Below are positions 12,650-26,187 of a DNA stretch of 64,000 bases, in pieces; position 1 is the stretch's first letter; every line of letters starts with the position of its first letter. Origin of the DNA: Owenia fusiformis (Eukaryota); NCBI GenBank assembly GCA_903813345.2, contig CAIIXF020000001.1, positions 10,416,001 to 10,480,000 of the forward strand, given 5' to 3'. The position numbers and the translations under genes are program-made. The notes below the pieces were generated by a model that made no database searches, was not told the origin of the DNA, and saw nothing but the letters and a program-made list of their open reading frames with translations.

Positions 12650-12882
12650 CTACAGAAATAAACATCAATATAACTGCATCTTTAATGACCTGTTAGAAAC
12701 ATACACAGTGATTTACAAGGAAATCTTCTAAAATTCAATTGCAACATTATAATATCAGAGAATAGAAAAATAGAAATGATGCACTGCAGACTCATGCTGT
12801 CATGTATTTGCAGAAATGGAATATTTTTCCATCTGATTTTTGACATCATGGAAAAACTATAAATCTGATGATGCAGACTAAC

Positions 12883-13010
12883 CTGAGTAGGGTATGGGAC
12901 ATGCTGTAGGGAGTGATTACTGGCCAACATGGCACCAAGATAGGTGAGAGAACAACTGATATAGAACCATATTGGAGTCTTATCTTCACCTGGTTTGGTT
13001 ACAGCTATAG
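12883..13010 (-). CDS. SLC35B1: SLC35B1 exon 3
   Basis: ...[23 protein letters not shown]|gttagt. Confidence 0.95.
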
Positions 13011-13301
13011 CTGCAACAAAACAATAAATAAATTACGTATATATATACGAGGGGTGATCAGGAATTTCTGGACCGTTGGCTCTATTTTTGCCATTTTTTA
13101 TCCTTTCTTAGTGATTTTTTCACACAATTTAACCCAAATATAGAAGACCCTGTATATTGTACTTATGTTATTGTCCAGAACAATCAAATCAAATCTTTGT
13201 CACTACAGGTATGTCAAAGTATAAGAGAATAAACAAGTACAGTGTATGTAGGCATTCAAGCTAGCCTTTCACTTGAAAAGGGAACGAAAAATTAAACTTA
13301 C

Positions 13302-13405
13302 TTGCTCTGGCAAATATAGCGTTGATGATACATTGAACAAACACTAATGCTAGTGTGTATGTGAACTTTTCTTGTGTTTCTCCCTCTCCATATTTCCCCT
13401 TTGTA
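13302..13405 (-). CDS. SLC35B1: SLC35B1 exon 2
   Basis: [34 protein letters not shown]|gtaagt. Confidence 0.95.
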
Positions 13406-15648
13406 CTGCAAATACAAAATTATTTTTATGAAAAAAATTAAAAAAAACTACATGATGAAACTACATGTACAATTAAAGCAAGGAAGATTACAGCCCGGTT
13501 ATATGGTTTTCTTGTATATCTTGTTTTATTCATATAATAGATTGTGATTCTAATCTTCAAATAATTTTTTCTTTTATGCATAACAGTTACAGTGTTCTCA
13601 TATGATGGATGATTCAATTTCATGTTGCTCTCAGTACAATCACTGAAATGTATAGTAACATTTTAAGGATATTATTAAACCATTCAGATATTATCAAAAT
13701 TATTTAATAAAGAAAACTTAGTTCAGTTGCCATGTTCCTTCTCTGGTATATTCCTCATTATACAGATTGTTCAATAAGTAAAGCTAATTTTGCTCTAAAA
13801 CTTGTTTATCACTGCCCATCATGCATTCGCATTCTTACAAGCATATGACATTTTCTAACTACAATATCCTGAAAAAATGTTATTGGAAAATAGTGGAAAA
13901 GTGGTTGCAATAGCAACCCGGAAATGGGTTTCGCAAAGCAATGGGTAAAATAGTGCCATTGGATACTTGGCTCATATTGGATGGTATTTTCAATGTAATG
14001 AAAGTGACAGCTGTTTTGAAAAGCAAGAATTCTTGAAATGTGTAGTTAATTTAGCTTCTGGTGGACTAATTGCATTGATTATTTTTTGTAAACAGAATTT
14101 CAAAAGAAAAATCATAATACAATTTCCTAAAAATAAGATCTTATTTAATATATGCTTCCATCTTAATTTTTGAGGGTATATAAGCAATGAAAAATTGTAT
14201 ATTCAAAACAATCCACATGTATATTTGGTTATTAAAGGGGTCAATAATGGCTTAATTCCATGTTATTTAGACTGAGATTTCATAATTTTAGGTACAAAAT
14301 AAAACTGTTTTGCGTTAGTATAGTATTTTCACAAGACATCGTTTCATAAGTCATTTTTTCATGCTAAAAAAGTCTATAATTACTTGAATCATTTTGAAAC
14401 TCATTTATTGAAGTTGTGTTATAGGTTTCAAAATATTAAAGTTAAATTGTTTTTTAATTGAATACAAACTATTTTGAGCATTATTATAAAACTTTAATTC
14501 TGGTTCTGTGAAGAATTCAAGATCAGTACATCTACAATTAATTCTCTTGCACAGTTCAATATTTGATTGACAGCTCTATTTTTGCATCTTCCATATTTGG
14601 GAGTGAAATTGATGGCCTGTATTAAAACTTCAAGGTCAGGCTGATCTGGTCACCCTCTAAGACAATTTAAAATCAGAATATTGCCTGAAATATTGATCAG
14701 TTCTTTCTTTATTTTCTCAGTTATGACATATTTATAGAAAAATTGACCTTTCAAATCATTATTAGTTTTTTAATATCAGTTAATTTGAGAGGTTTTAATC
14801 ACAATCTTTTTTATTTGAAAGGAATTTTTTACAGTATTTTATAGGACTATTTTGTCAAAGAATTTCTGATGGAAATCCCAGTTTCATGATTGTGATGTTA
14901 CAAATGATTAATGTTTCTTAGTACACTCTAACAGCCTGTAGCCAGGAGGGGGATTCGACCCTACCCCCCCCCACACACAAAAAAATCTTTCAAAAACATA
15001 TGTGATTTTGGGCCAATTTGTCAAATTTGAACCCCACCTAGAATTTATTAAAAATTGACCACCCCTTAGAAAAGTTAGCTACAAGACTGGTTTAAACATC
15101 CATATGTTAAACACATTCAATTTTAAGAAATATTGATGTTTAGAATATTAAGTAAAACATTAGGACTACATATATAGAGGTTATTTAATGGGAGGGATGG
15201 AATATGAATTTTATTTCAAGGGAACATATGATATTGACCAAGGAAAATATGATATTGACCGAGGGCGACAGCCCGAATGTTAATATGATATTTTCCTAGG
15301 CCAATATCATATTTTCTCGAAAATTCATATTCTATCATGACCATCAATAACTTATTTATTCCATAATATTTTTCTGAAATTTGTTTTGTTTTGTCATCAC
15401 CCAATGATGGTGGCATTAAATAATATGGATCATAATATACCGTAATAACACAATATTAAGTCTCATGACATTTTCTGATAGTTCTGATACATGATTTTGG
15501 ATGATACGGGATCCAATACGGGATCTGATACGGGATTTTGGCTGACATGGGATCTGATACAGGATTTTTCCTGTTATTTTCCCGAGGAAAACATGTTATT
15601 ATGGAATAAATATGATTATACTATAAACACCCTATCAAAATAACTCAC

Positions 15649-15896
15649 ATCATCTCCTGTATTATCCCATAGTAAAAGTAGCATACCAGAATCCCAGATG
15701 CACAAATGAACAACTTCAATTTACTTTTACTCTCATAATTTTCTCTTTCCAGGGCTTCTTTACTACCAGATACATTAACATCCACTGATACTTGGCCCAT
15801 CTTTTCTTGATCTTTCAAATTGTTAGTTTCCACAGTCTCTTTATCAGAGAAAATGACAGAATCCTTGGTGTTTTTTAATAGCTCCTCATCAGCCAT
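15649..15896 (-). CDS. SLC35B1: SLC35B1 first coding exon
   Basis: MADEELL...LFICASGILVCYFYYGIIQEM|gtgagt; summed exon lengths give 1107 nt in frame. Confidence 0.88.
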
Positions 15897-16097
15897 GATT
15901 ATCCATTTCAGTGTGTAATAAAATCATTTAGTAACTAAGCATATGTAGAGTTATTTCATCAACCTACTACATACATCTGCACCATATGCTGAAATTCTGA
16001 TGCATGTAAATTACTCTATTATTGATTAATGATTAGACACAAGATTTTCTATAATCCTCAAGTTTTAAATATATTTGTTTTGACATTCAGCCTCTAT

Positions 16098-16597
16098 NNN
16101 NNNNNNNNNNNNNNNNNNNNNNNNNNNNNNNNNNNNNNNNNNNNNNNNNNNNNNNNNNNNNNNNNNNNNNNNNNNNNNNNNNNNNNNNNNNNNNNNNNNN
16201 NNNNNNNNNNNNNNNNNNNNNNNNNNNNNNNNNNNNNNNNNNNNNNNNNNNNNNNNNNNNNNNNNNNNNNNNNNNNNNNNNNNNNNNNNNNNNNNNNNNN
16301 NNNNNNNNNNNNNNNNNNNNNNNNNNNNNNNNNNNNNNNNNNNNNNNNNNNNNNNNNNNNNNNNNNNNNNNNNNNNNNNNNNNNNNNNNNNNNNNNNNNN
16401 NNNNNNNNNNNNNNNNNNNNNNNNNNNNNNNNNNNNNNNNNNNNNNNNNNNNNNNNNNNNNNNNNNNNNNNNNNNNNNNNNNNNNNNNNNNNNNNNNNNN
16501 NNNNNNNNNNNNNNNNNNNNNNNNNNNNNNNNNNNNNNNNNNNNNNNNNNNNNNNNNNNNNNNNNNNNNNNNNNNNNNNNNNNNNNNNNNNNNNNNN
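16098..16597. other. Assembly gap (500 N)
   Basis: Exactly 500 N, probably a placeholder length. Confidence 1.
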
Positions 16598-16787
16598 GGT
16601 ACCACCAGACACAAAGCTATCCAAACTAGACACTCTAAGACTAGCTTCTAGTTATATAGCACATTTAAAACAGATTCTCGATGACGATAAGATGGAGGGT
16701 AATGAGAACACTGGACCGGAAAGTCCCGTCATTGACACTGAAAACAACAATAACACAATAAATGGGCACGTTCACCCGCTCAATCTG
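16598..16787 (+). CDS. TCF21: bHLH transcription factor TCF21/musculin (MyoR) family, exon 1 (5' part lost in the gap)
   Basis: [27 protein letters not shown]...HVHPLNL|gtaggt; TCF21/MSC helix 2 and HPxNL motif. Confidence 0.9.
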
Positions 16788-19083
16788 GTAGGTGTGACTC
16801 CTAGCATTTTATTCTCTCTTTGAACAATCTCATGATTTCAATAATTGATATCGAATTACTTCATCGATGTTTGTGTTATTGCTATTACGTTATATATTGA
16901 GTGTATTTTGGACATCTACGGCAAAAAACTCTGAAGTGTTTAAAGTAAAATGTTCTTCAACATAATATGAACTATAGCAGAAGGGAATTCAAGATGCAGA
17001 ATTTTTGTCTCGTTTTAGTTTATAGATTAACAGTAGATGGATATGACAAGTGATGCTGTGAGCAAAAATATTGGAAAATTGTGACAACATGACTGTTTCA
17101 ATGTTATTCTCAACTTGTCTGTCTTTTACTGCCCCTTTAACAGCCATGTGTTTCTTCCATTGTTTACATCAGCAATACACCATTCTTCACTTACTTACTC
17201 GTGCTTAGTGCTCAGTCCGATCCAGGATGAAGATTTTTTCTCAAATTTAGGTCGTTTAGAATTGCACATTTATCGACGTAAGATAAACACTATAACCCGG
17301 CAAAAGACTCCCACCTTACACTTCTAAAGTCCTTTAATTTTAAATTGGTGTTTTTACATAATTGACAAAACATTTTAATAGGCTACCCGTAGCTCTTTGT
17401 TCATCTTGAATCAATAGACTAAGACATAAATATTTTTTAAATCAGAGACATAAAAACATATGTCTTATATATGTCTCTGTTTAAATATGACAAATTCTTT
17501 TATTTGTGAATGTGTTGATTTTACAGGGGTTACATATCTGTAGAATATTCAAAACCGAAGGCAGTTTTTCACCGCTTGCATTATTTAAAATTAATGTTAA
17601 CATAAAAGAATATCTATTATTTTAAAAACATCATTGACATTGGGTTATACAACAATTAAAAATCCATTACATATTCTGAGAGAAACATTAAAGAGCATTT
17701 GCTAGTTGTGTATTAACTCATCTGAGAAAATTAAGGGGAAATAGTGGTTGCTATCACAATAAAAATATGTCTTTATTCAAATTAATTTGTAAAATAAATA
17801 CCATGTAAAGGTTAAATCATGTAAAGTCAAATTCAGGGGGTTTGAAAAACACATAAAATGGAATTAAAAGAATTTCAATGATGTTTACTCATTTATCAAT
17901 GTCGTCATCCACAGATGAGTTCAGAAGACATATAAATGGATGGATTGTCAAGGAACCAGCTGCAAAAATAAACGCAAGCAAGTGATTCAATCACACACCG
18001 CTTGCCTGATAACACCAGTGTGATAAGATACACCGCCCTCCATAAGTTCTGCAACTTGAAAAAGTCCTCTTTTAGATCATTTATCAAAGCCTGATTATGC
18101 ATTTGCGATTTCAAAAATCATCAGATTTGTCATAATTTTCTGAACTATTGAAATACAGGAATAAATAAAATTAAATGAAGATTCAAACATTAACATGCTC
18201 ATCACGCGGGTGTCAAATGATGATTTTCGGTTACCTAACTTATGTAGGGGAGTGTACATCGGTATGTTCTAAGAAGCAACTCCAAATGCAGCATTGTGAC
18301 TTGTTTTACATGAACTTTAGAATCTATTTAGTTTTTCTCGGAGAGAGTTTGGAAACAGGTTCTGGGTGGCTTCCCTCGCTAACAAATACTAATTTTATAG
18401 CAAATAGTACAAATAAGCTGAATTCAACCGATTATAGAGGCAGGATATTACGAAAATTATCTGACAATATCGTCACTTGAATGAGTGTCAAACAGCAAAC
18501 GCGTCAATAAGAATAATTTTTTTGTTAATGAGCTTAATATAACTTTAAAAACTGTATTTTGGCTAGGATGAAGAAAAGATTTGATTCGAGGTTTTGGAAA
18601 GAACTTGGCATTTTTTCTTTCAGACAATATGTGGGTGAACATAACGGAGAGAGAATAGTTTTTCGAAAGGGAATTTGTAAACGTTCCTCTTCAGGGTGGT
18701 GATGTTTTTCAAACTATTATTTCTTCATCCATCCTTCAAATATCATCTTCAAATCATCATCATACTGTTTAATTATAGCAACTCGTGGTGGATGGGTGTT
18801 AAGTAATTAATCTTTCCAGAGCAGTCATTCTACCAAGGCCAGTCCTCCTATCAATTAAACCATATGTAACGACCCATCTTTAACGGCTGTTCAGAATTAA
18901 AGTTATATAATCTTAAAATAATTGTTGTAATAACAACTCTTTGATTGAGACCAGATGATAAATGACACAGTACATCTTTAGCTTTCTGATGCGATAATAG
19001 TTGACGTTCTAAAGATTCCATCTTCACCCTACGCAGACGGTGCTTGCAGATAACGCTTGGTGTGGATGTGGATTTAACGATCA

Positions 19084-20219
19084 TTATCACACCGAAGTTC
19101 GTGGGGGATATAGAGAAGCCGTCAGTTCGTTCATCCGTCCGTTTGTCCCGGCGATATCTCAAATACCGGTAGACGGATTTGATTCAAATTTTGTAGGCTA
19201 ATGCGGTGCCGTATGGGTGTAGGGCCTCTGCCCGGGAAGGAATTTTCAATATGGCCGCTCAATTCAAAATGACCGCCATTTTTCGTATAAAAGGTAATCC
19301 TTTATTTGACGGGTTTGGTTCAAGTTTTATATGCTAATGCCTAGGGACAAAGTAGCTTTGCTCATGAAGAGATTTTCAAGATGACCACTGAATTTCAAAA
19401 TGGCCCCCATTTTATCGTAAAAACTTTTTGATGATTTGGTTCAAATTTTATGTGCCGATGCCTAGGGACACAGTAGCTTTGTTTGAGAAAGTATTTTCAA
19501 GATGGCAGCTGAATTTCAAAATAACCGCAATTTTGATAGTAATCTTTGGATAAGTCAAATACCAGTGAACTGATTTAGTTCAAATTTTATATGCTGATGC
19601 CTAGAGACACAGTAGCTCTGTTCGAGTAAGACTTTTTAAGATGGCGGCTGAATTTCAAAATGGCCCTCATTTTTCGTAAACAACGTCATCTTTAATAACT
19701 CAAGAACCAGAGTGAGCGGATTTGGTTCAAATTTTGTATGCTGATACCTAGGGACACAATCATTTTGTAGCTCTATTCGAGAAAAAATCGGCGTCGGTGA
19801 ATTTCAAAATGAACCCTATTTTTCAAACTCAAATGCCAATTGACGGGTTTGGTTTAAATTTTATATGTTGATGCCTAGGGAAAAATAAATCTGCTCAAGG
19901 TAAAACTTTCAAGATGATGGTTAAATTTCTAAATGGCTGCCATTTTTCTTTAAAAACGTAATCTTTGATAACTCAAATAATACTGGATGGATTTGGTTCA
20001 AAATCTATATGATGATGCCTAGGGACAAAGGAAGTCTGTCCGAGAAGAAATTTTCAAGATGACAGCTGGATTAAAAATAGCCGCGATTTTTAGTAGAAGT
20101 ATGTTTTATTTGATAAATCAAACACCAGAGGATGGATTTGATTCAAATTTTATATGCTGATGCTTAGAAATTTTGTTCGGTGAGATTTGCTACTCCGTGG
20201 AGTTGCTGTTTTTCTAGTT
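19084..20219 (+). mobile_element. Second HINE-like family with about 130-145-bp tandem core repeats
   Basis: TATCACACCGAA / TTCGGTGAGAT subterminal IR, GTCC microsatellite, about 8 repeats of gatttggttcaaattttatatgctgatgcctagggac, 3' hairpin ctactccgtggagttg; the same 3' end occurs at about 9845, 24620 and 50710. Confidence 0.75.
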
Positions 20220-20344
20220 TATTTAGATTCGTGATATTTTATAAACCAAGCCGTGTTATGTTCAATTTTATTCAAATATGTGTAGGTGATACCTAATAGA
20301 ATAAAATAGTTGTATTTATGTTGTTCATTCTATAGCAATGCAAT

Positions 20345-21343
20345 CACGGGGTACCATCGAATAATTTTGGCAACGTACCGGAGAACGACATTTTACTAAG
20401 AAATGGCAATAATTTAGCACAATATATTTTTTAACTAGAGTTCTACTTTGATTTTGACAAAAGTAAGTATTCCATGCAATGGCTATTTCATTCATGAGTT
20501 TGTAGGAATTCTGTTGGAACCCAGTTCTGATCAAGTACGAAGTTATTGAAATCGGCGCAGTCGGACTTTACTCCGAAAGATGGTTTTTCGATTATAACTT
20601 TTTACAACATTTAAGTATAGACTTATGAAAAAAGTACAGAATAGTCCTTATACTATTGAATAATTCTGTTATTTCTGATTCACACGACTCTGATTTGTTT
20701 AATTAAAAAAAAAGTTTTAAAAATATTATTTAGGAACGTAACCGGAGCTGGGAACGTAACCGGAGCAGATCAGTTGAATTATATAATTTAAAAAAATAAA
20801 ACATATGATTTAAAGCATATATATTAATAAATACGCATTCGAACAATCCCGTATGTTTTTAAATTAGTATATGTGCTTTAAATATATTTTAATTTTTTTG
20901 ATTAAATAATTCAACTGATCTGCTCCGGTTACGTTCCCAGCTCCGGTTACGTTCCTAAGTAATATTTTTAAAACTTTTTTTTTAATTAAACAAATCAGAG
21001 TCGTGTGAATCAGAAATAACAGAATTATTCAAAAGATTAAGGACTATTCTGTACTTTTTTCAAAAGTCTATTCTTAAATGTTGTGAAAAGTTATAATCGA
21101 AAAACCATCTTTCGGAGTAAAGTCCGTCTGCGCCGATTTCAATAACTTCTTACTTGATCAGAACTGGGTTCCAACAGAATTCCTACAAACTCATGAATGA
21201 AATAGTTATTGCATGGAATACTTACTTTTGTCAAAATCAAAATAGAACTCTAGTTAAAAAATATATTGTGCTAAATTATTGCCATTTCTTAGTAAAATGT
21301 CGTTCTCCGGTACGTTGCCAAAATTATTCGATGGTACCCCGTG
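20345..21343. mobile_element. Foldback (palindromic) non-autonomous DNA transposon, CAC..GTG ends, 5-bp TSD (Transib-like)
   Basis: About 480-bp inverted arms starting CACGGGGTACCATCG; GCAAT at 20340-20344 and 21344-21348. Confidence 0.85.
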
Positions 21344-21379
21344 GCAATAGGCATTAAATAGGCATTTATCTTTCACTTT

Positions 21380-22736
21380 CAAAAAATGTGAAGAAATAAT
21401 GAAAAGATGGGCAGGTAGATGTTTAACCATGTTTGGTAAAATTACTCTCGTAAAATCACTAATGCTCTCACAATTTGGATACATTATGCAAAGTTTTATT
21501 TTGTCAGAGAAGATTATTAAACGGATAAATTGTTTGTTTTTTAAATACATCTGGTCAGGTAACAAAGGTGTGTATAAAGAAGAAGATGTAAAAGGTGTAG
21601 TAGAATGTATTAAAAGAAATATATTGATACAGGGCAATGCAAAGGGAGGTCTAAATATGATAGATGTGAAACATTTTCAAGATGCTTTTGCAATTAAATG
21701 GATTAAACTTCTACTTGATAGAAACAAAGCAAACTGGAAAAAACTCCCAACCTATCTTATTGACAAAATTTGTCAAGATTTTTCTATTTTACTGTCTAAT
21801 GTTGAATTTAATCAGGTAAAAGGACTAGAAAGAATTAAGTCCTCATTTTGGACAGATGTGTTGAAAACATGGATTATGTATAATTCAGTTAAAAGTAGTC
21901 CATATATATCAAATAACAAAGACTTGTTGTACAAGAACAATCCTTTATATTTTGATAACTGGCATCAAAAAGGTGTGTATAAAATAAATGATGTATGTAA
22001 TGTAAACAATGAACTATTAAGCTATGATCAAATTGGGCAAAAAGTAGGTTTTAATGGCCAGACTTTTCTTCAATACAATTTACTTAAAGGAGTTTTTAAC
22101 AAGTTAGACAGAATCAAGATTGAGACATTAAAAAACAGTGAAAGCAAAATATATTTTAATTGTATTCCTGTACAGAAAATCAATGTGCAATCAATAAGAA
22201 AAGGGTTTGTAAAAAACAGTTTAACAGAATCCAAATCAGAAGAGTATTGGTCTGAGCAGTTTGCTCAAACGGATTTCTCAGATTTTTATAAGATTTTGTT
22301 TAAATGTAACATTAGCAATAATGTTAAAGAATTTATATTTAAATGTTTTAATGGAGCCATATGGACAGAAAAAAAATTACCAAAAATTCAGAAGTCAAAT
22401 GGAATTTGTAAAATATGCAATGTTGAAGCAGAAAGTCATAAACACTTATTTGTCAATTGTACGAATGCAAAGGAATATGTAAATACTCAAAATTTAAAGT
22501 TTTCTGAACAAGAAATTTTATTTTATAGCAATGAAGGAGATTTTGAGAGCAAATGCCATAGAAACCAGCTAGTGTTTAAACACAAGTTTGAAATTTGGAA
22601 AATTAGAAATAGTAAAATCTATAACCAATAAGTTCTGTATTCCTGTATAAGTACCAATGTAACCATTGTATATTATGTAAAAATTGTATAAATGTTGTTT
22701 CAATGTTAATAAATTAATTTAAAAAAAAAAAAAAAA
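21380..22736 (+). mobile_element. 5'-truncated L1/Tx1-clade LINE (ORF2 C-terminal region, ORF 21399-22631)
   Basis: LTMFGKITLVKS, GGLNMID, zf-RVT-like CxxC..ES..HLFxxC; AATAAA and polyA at 22721-22737; 12-bp TSD ATCTTTCACTTT (21368-21379, 22737-22748). Confidence 0.9.
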
Positions 22737-23204
22737 ATCTTTCACTTTTAGACCAAATAACAATTAATGGTGCAAGAATTCGCTTGGTGATACCATTTGC
22801 CATCCAAGTCTAATCATGATACAAAAAAGTGTAATATTTGGTTTCTGTCTGAGCCCTTTTTAAGATACTGCTTTTATAAACATTATTGATACTATAATCA
22901 ATTCATCCACTTTAAAGAATGAAATAAACCATTAAATTAACAATAACAACAAGCGAATATATCACTTATTATCACGTATATTTATAAGGCTGTGTATCTT
23001 TATTTGAAAATCAAAGCCAATTCCAATTATGGCTACCTAAAATGTAATATAGAAGGTCACGTGACAAAAAGGCACCCCTTGTCTATTTCAATTGATTTTT
23101 ATGAATATTTTATACATTTTCGGTAGGACGGTAATATTTTTTATTTCACTTCAAACAATTTCTCTCTAGCTCATTATATCTGTCAATATCAAGAAAATTA
23201 CCGA

Positions 23205-23558
23205 GATGCCAGAAGGTAGTTACCAGATTCACCGTCAGATATCAGATATCATGACAGGTATATTGGAAAGTTCCCTAAACTTGAATATTCATCAGTTCTA
23301 GTGGATCAATTATCATATTACCCTTCTGTCCAGTAAAACAAAATAATCTCTGCCCAATAAAAGAAAATACATTTTACTTTTTGTGATTTTATAACATGGG
23401 GTCTATGGGGAATCTCCCCGACCTAGAAGTCACATTTTCAAAGAACAATGTTTGAACTGTTGAAACTACATTTGAGTTGTACTTTCACATACGTTGATTT
23501 CAAATATGATATCACCTTCACTGAATTTTAAATATTCTTACACGCATCTAGTCTATTG
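23205..23558 (+). repeat. Dispersed repeat; second copy at about 60840-61243
   Basis: gatgccagaaggtagttacc...cgcatctagtctattg shared by both loci. Confidence 0.75.
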
Positions 23559-23559
23559 A

Positions 23560-25169
23560 CAGGGTTCGTACACACCTGGAAATGTCAGGGAAATTGATTT
23601 ATTTTTCCAGGTGCTGGAAATGTCAGGGAATTTTAAAATTGGGTCAAAAAGGGCCAAAAATGTCAGGGAATTTTGAAACAGTAGATGTGTCAGGGAAATG
23701 TCAGGGAATTTTGTATCAATGTTGAAAGAATAATGTTCCAGCAAAATACATTTTAGGGCTATGACAGGATATAAGTGAAATCCAAAATCATCTAGTTGTT
23801 TCCACAAATAGCAAATCTTTTCATTAGGGTTGGTTGAATAACATTAGATCTGGTATTGTCTATTTGTAAGAACAGTGTGAACATTACACTGAAACTGAAC
23901 AATAAAAATAATGTATAGATGATTTAATACAATTATGCTTTTTTGTTATGTAGTAAGCTTAGTCTTAGTTAATTACTGGTATATATTTCATGGTTTGATG
24001 AGGGGTTAATCTGAGGGGGGGGTGGGAGGTGAAAAACAAAAAAAAATCTGGGAGCTCTTTACAATGTAAAATTGTATTTATATTAAGAAGCTGTCTGTTC
24101 GACAGTCCGATCGTACGTCAGTCTTTTCAACTTTCAGGGGCTTTGCCAATTTTGAAAACCTTAGCACATGGAAGTAGGCAACCAAAATGTGTGTGGGGTA
24201 CTATTAACAGTTTTTGAATTTGGTCCAAATTTTTCTTCTTGTAAAGATGAACCCAGCATTTTACTTTGGCTCAAATTTTGTATGATGTAGCCTTAGGGAC
24301 AAAGGACCTGCTCAAGAAGAAATATTCAAGATGGTCTCTGAATTCAAAATTGCCACCATTTTTTAATGAAATTTTTGATAATTTACAGAAACTTGATTCC
24401 TGATAACACAAAATACTGATTATTTGATTTGGTATCATAGGCCTGAGCCTTTTCGTGATCTGGTGATGCTAATTGAGAAGGAACTTCTAATATGGTGTCA
24501 ATTGTTTTGGTGTAATTTTCCCAAAAGGGAGAAGACAATAGTAATGCCAGGTTATTGCTATCATATAATGTTCACAATGATAGTATTCAATAGAAATATG
24601 TTTCATTAGGTGGGAATTGCCCCTCAAGTGAGTTGCTATTTTTCTAGTAGGATTTAGATCAAAATTTTAAAGTTTCAGTTGTCATTTGGATTCATTACAA
24701 AACATTAACAAATTATAGTTTGAAATGCTTAGAATGCACCATATACAATTGTCAATTTTGAAAAATTTCCGGGGGTGAACCCCCGTACCCCCCCCCCCCC
24801 CTTCTGGTTTTCCTTCGCTCGCAGTGATGCAAACCCCAAAAGATGCACCTCCTTGTTGACTATGCCCCTGTACATGTATGTTTACCTTTGGCCTTATGCA
24901 ATGTAAAATATGTAATATTAAAAAATAAAATGTATCAGGAATAAATTGGTGAATAAGACTGCCTGTACAAGTAATTAAGTCATGAGAAATGGTACTGAAG
25001 TAGAAACCCCAAATGTTTCATAATAAGTCTTTTTGTCTTGAATAATACAGTTGTTTGAGACTTTTTAGAGGGCGCGCGAGGAAAATTAGATCTGGAAATT
25101 TCCTTTTTTGCCTGGAAATGTCAGGGAATTGTCAGGGAAATTCATTTTGAAAAAGGTGTACGAACCCTG
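23560..25169. mobile_element. Non-autonomous DNA transposon (hAT-like ends) with 5-bp TSD
   Basis: CAGGGTTCGTACAC / GTGTACGAACCCTG; ATTGA on both sides; repeated TGTCAGGGAA subterminal motifs. Confidence 0.85.
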
Positions 25170-25459
25170 ATTGAGCAGCAACGTTTGAAAATAAATCAGA
25201 TTCAGCATTTAGCTCCGTCATGTCCGTTGTAAATATAGAATTTACAAACTTAAAAACTCGGGCATAAGGAATAAAATTGCATTGTGAGGTTACCGAGGAT
25301 ATGAGCCCTATTCAAACTTTACAGAACTTTATTTCATATCACTTCGATGTCTTGTTATCATTAGGTCTGGTTGCGGTATGATGGTTTACCGCAAGGCATG
25401 GTTCCTACACGTGCTTATGTTTAGAGACATAATCGTGTTGCGCACTTCAGTCTCCTTTG

Positions 25460-25918
25460 GCATTGGGGTCATGTGATGCGTAACAGGGACACGATCGTGT
25501 CGTGCATCGATCTCGAGCCTTCTGGATGCGTTGGGATTATGTAATGGTAATACAGGCTGTAATAGGGACATGATCGTATCGTGTATTAATCTCTCGAGTC
25601 TTCTGGATGCGGCGGGGTCATGGAATGGGTAATAAGGATATGATTTTGTCGTGCATTGATCTCGAGTCTTCTGGATGCGTCGGGATCATGCAATGAGTAA
25701 TGGATATGATCATGTCGTGTACTAGTATTGATCTGAGTCTTGAATGCGTCGGGGTCATGTAATGGGTAATAGGGATCAATGATCGTGTCGTGTATTGATA
25801 TGAGTCTTGGATGCGTCGTGGTCGTGTAATGGGTAAAATGGATCAATGATCGTGTCGTGTATTGATCTCGAGTCTTCTGATTGCGTCGGGGTCATGTGAT
25901 TGGTGATAGGAATCATGT
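25460..25918. repeat. Degenerate tandem repeat of about 60-70 bp
   Basis: gatcgtgtcgtgtattgatctcgagtcttctggatgcgtcggggtcatgtaatggg in about 7 copies. Confidence 0.85.
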
Positions 25919-26070
25919 TAGAGAACTTCAAGTTATGACATAGTACTAATATAATTTGTTTCAAGAGGAATGACAGCATAGAATAAACCAAGAGTACTGT
26001 GTTGTTTTGTTCAATAATTCCTTTCCATTCTTTTCTTTGATTTTAAATTACTGTATCTTTATATTTCCAG

Positions 26071-26187
26071 ACGTGGCCATTCAGTTTCACCACCAAAATG
26101 GCGAGCAGCTTAGATGGAAAACAAACGTTTGCCACAAACAACTCTTTGAAATTGGAAAACATCACACACGAACTAATTGCATCTTGA
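26071..26187 (+). CDS. TCF21: TCF21/musculin family exon 2 (last)
   Basis: ttccag|TWPFSFTTKM...ELIAS*; completes the conserved HPxNL|TWPF motif across a 9.3-kb intron. Confidence 0.88.
   Translation, partial: TWPFSFTTKMASSLDGKQTFATNNSLKLENITHELIAS

Noticed and set aside
16029-16823. Long ORFs spanning the N-run
   Set aside because: Artefacts of translating Ns; only 16598-16787 is supported coding sequence.
20325-21357. Twin ORFs MIRTGFQQNSY... on opposite strands
   Set aside because: By-product of the inverted arms of the foldback element.
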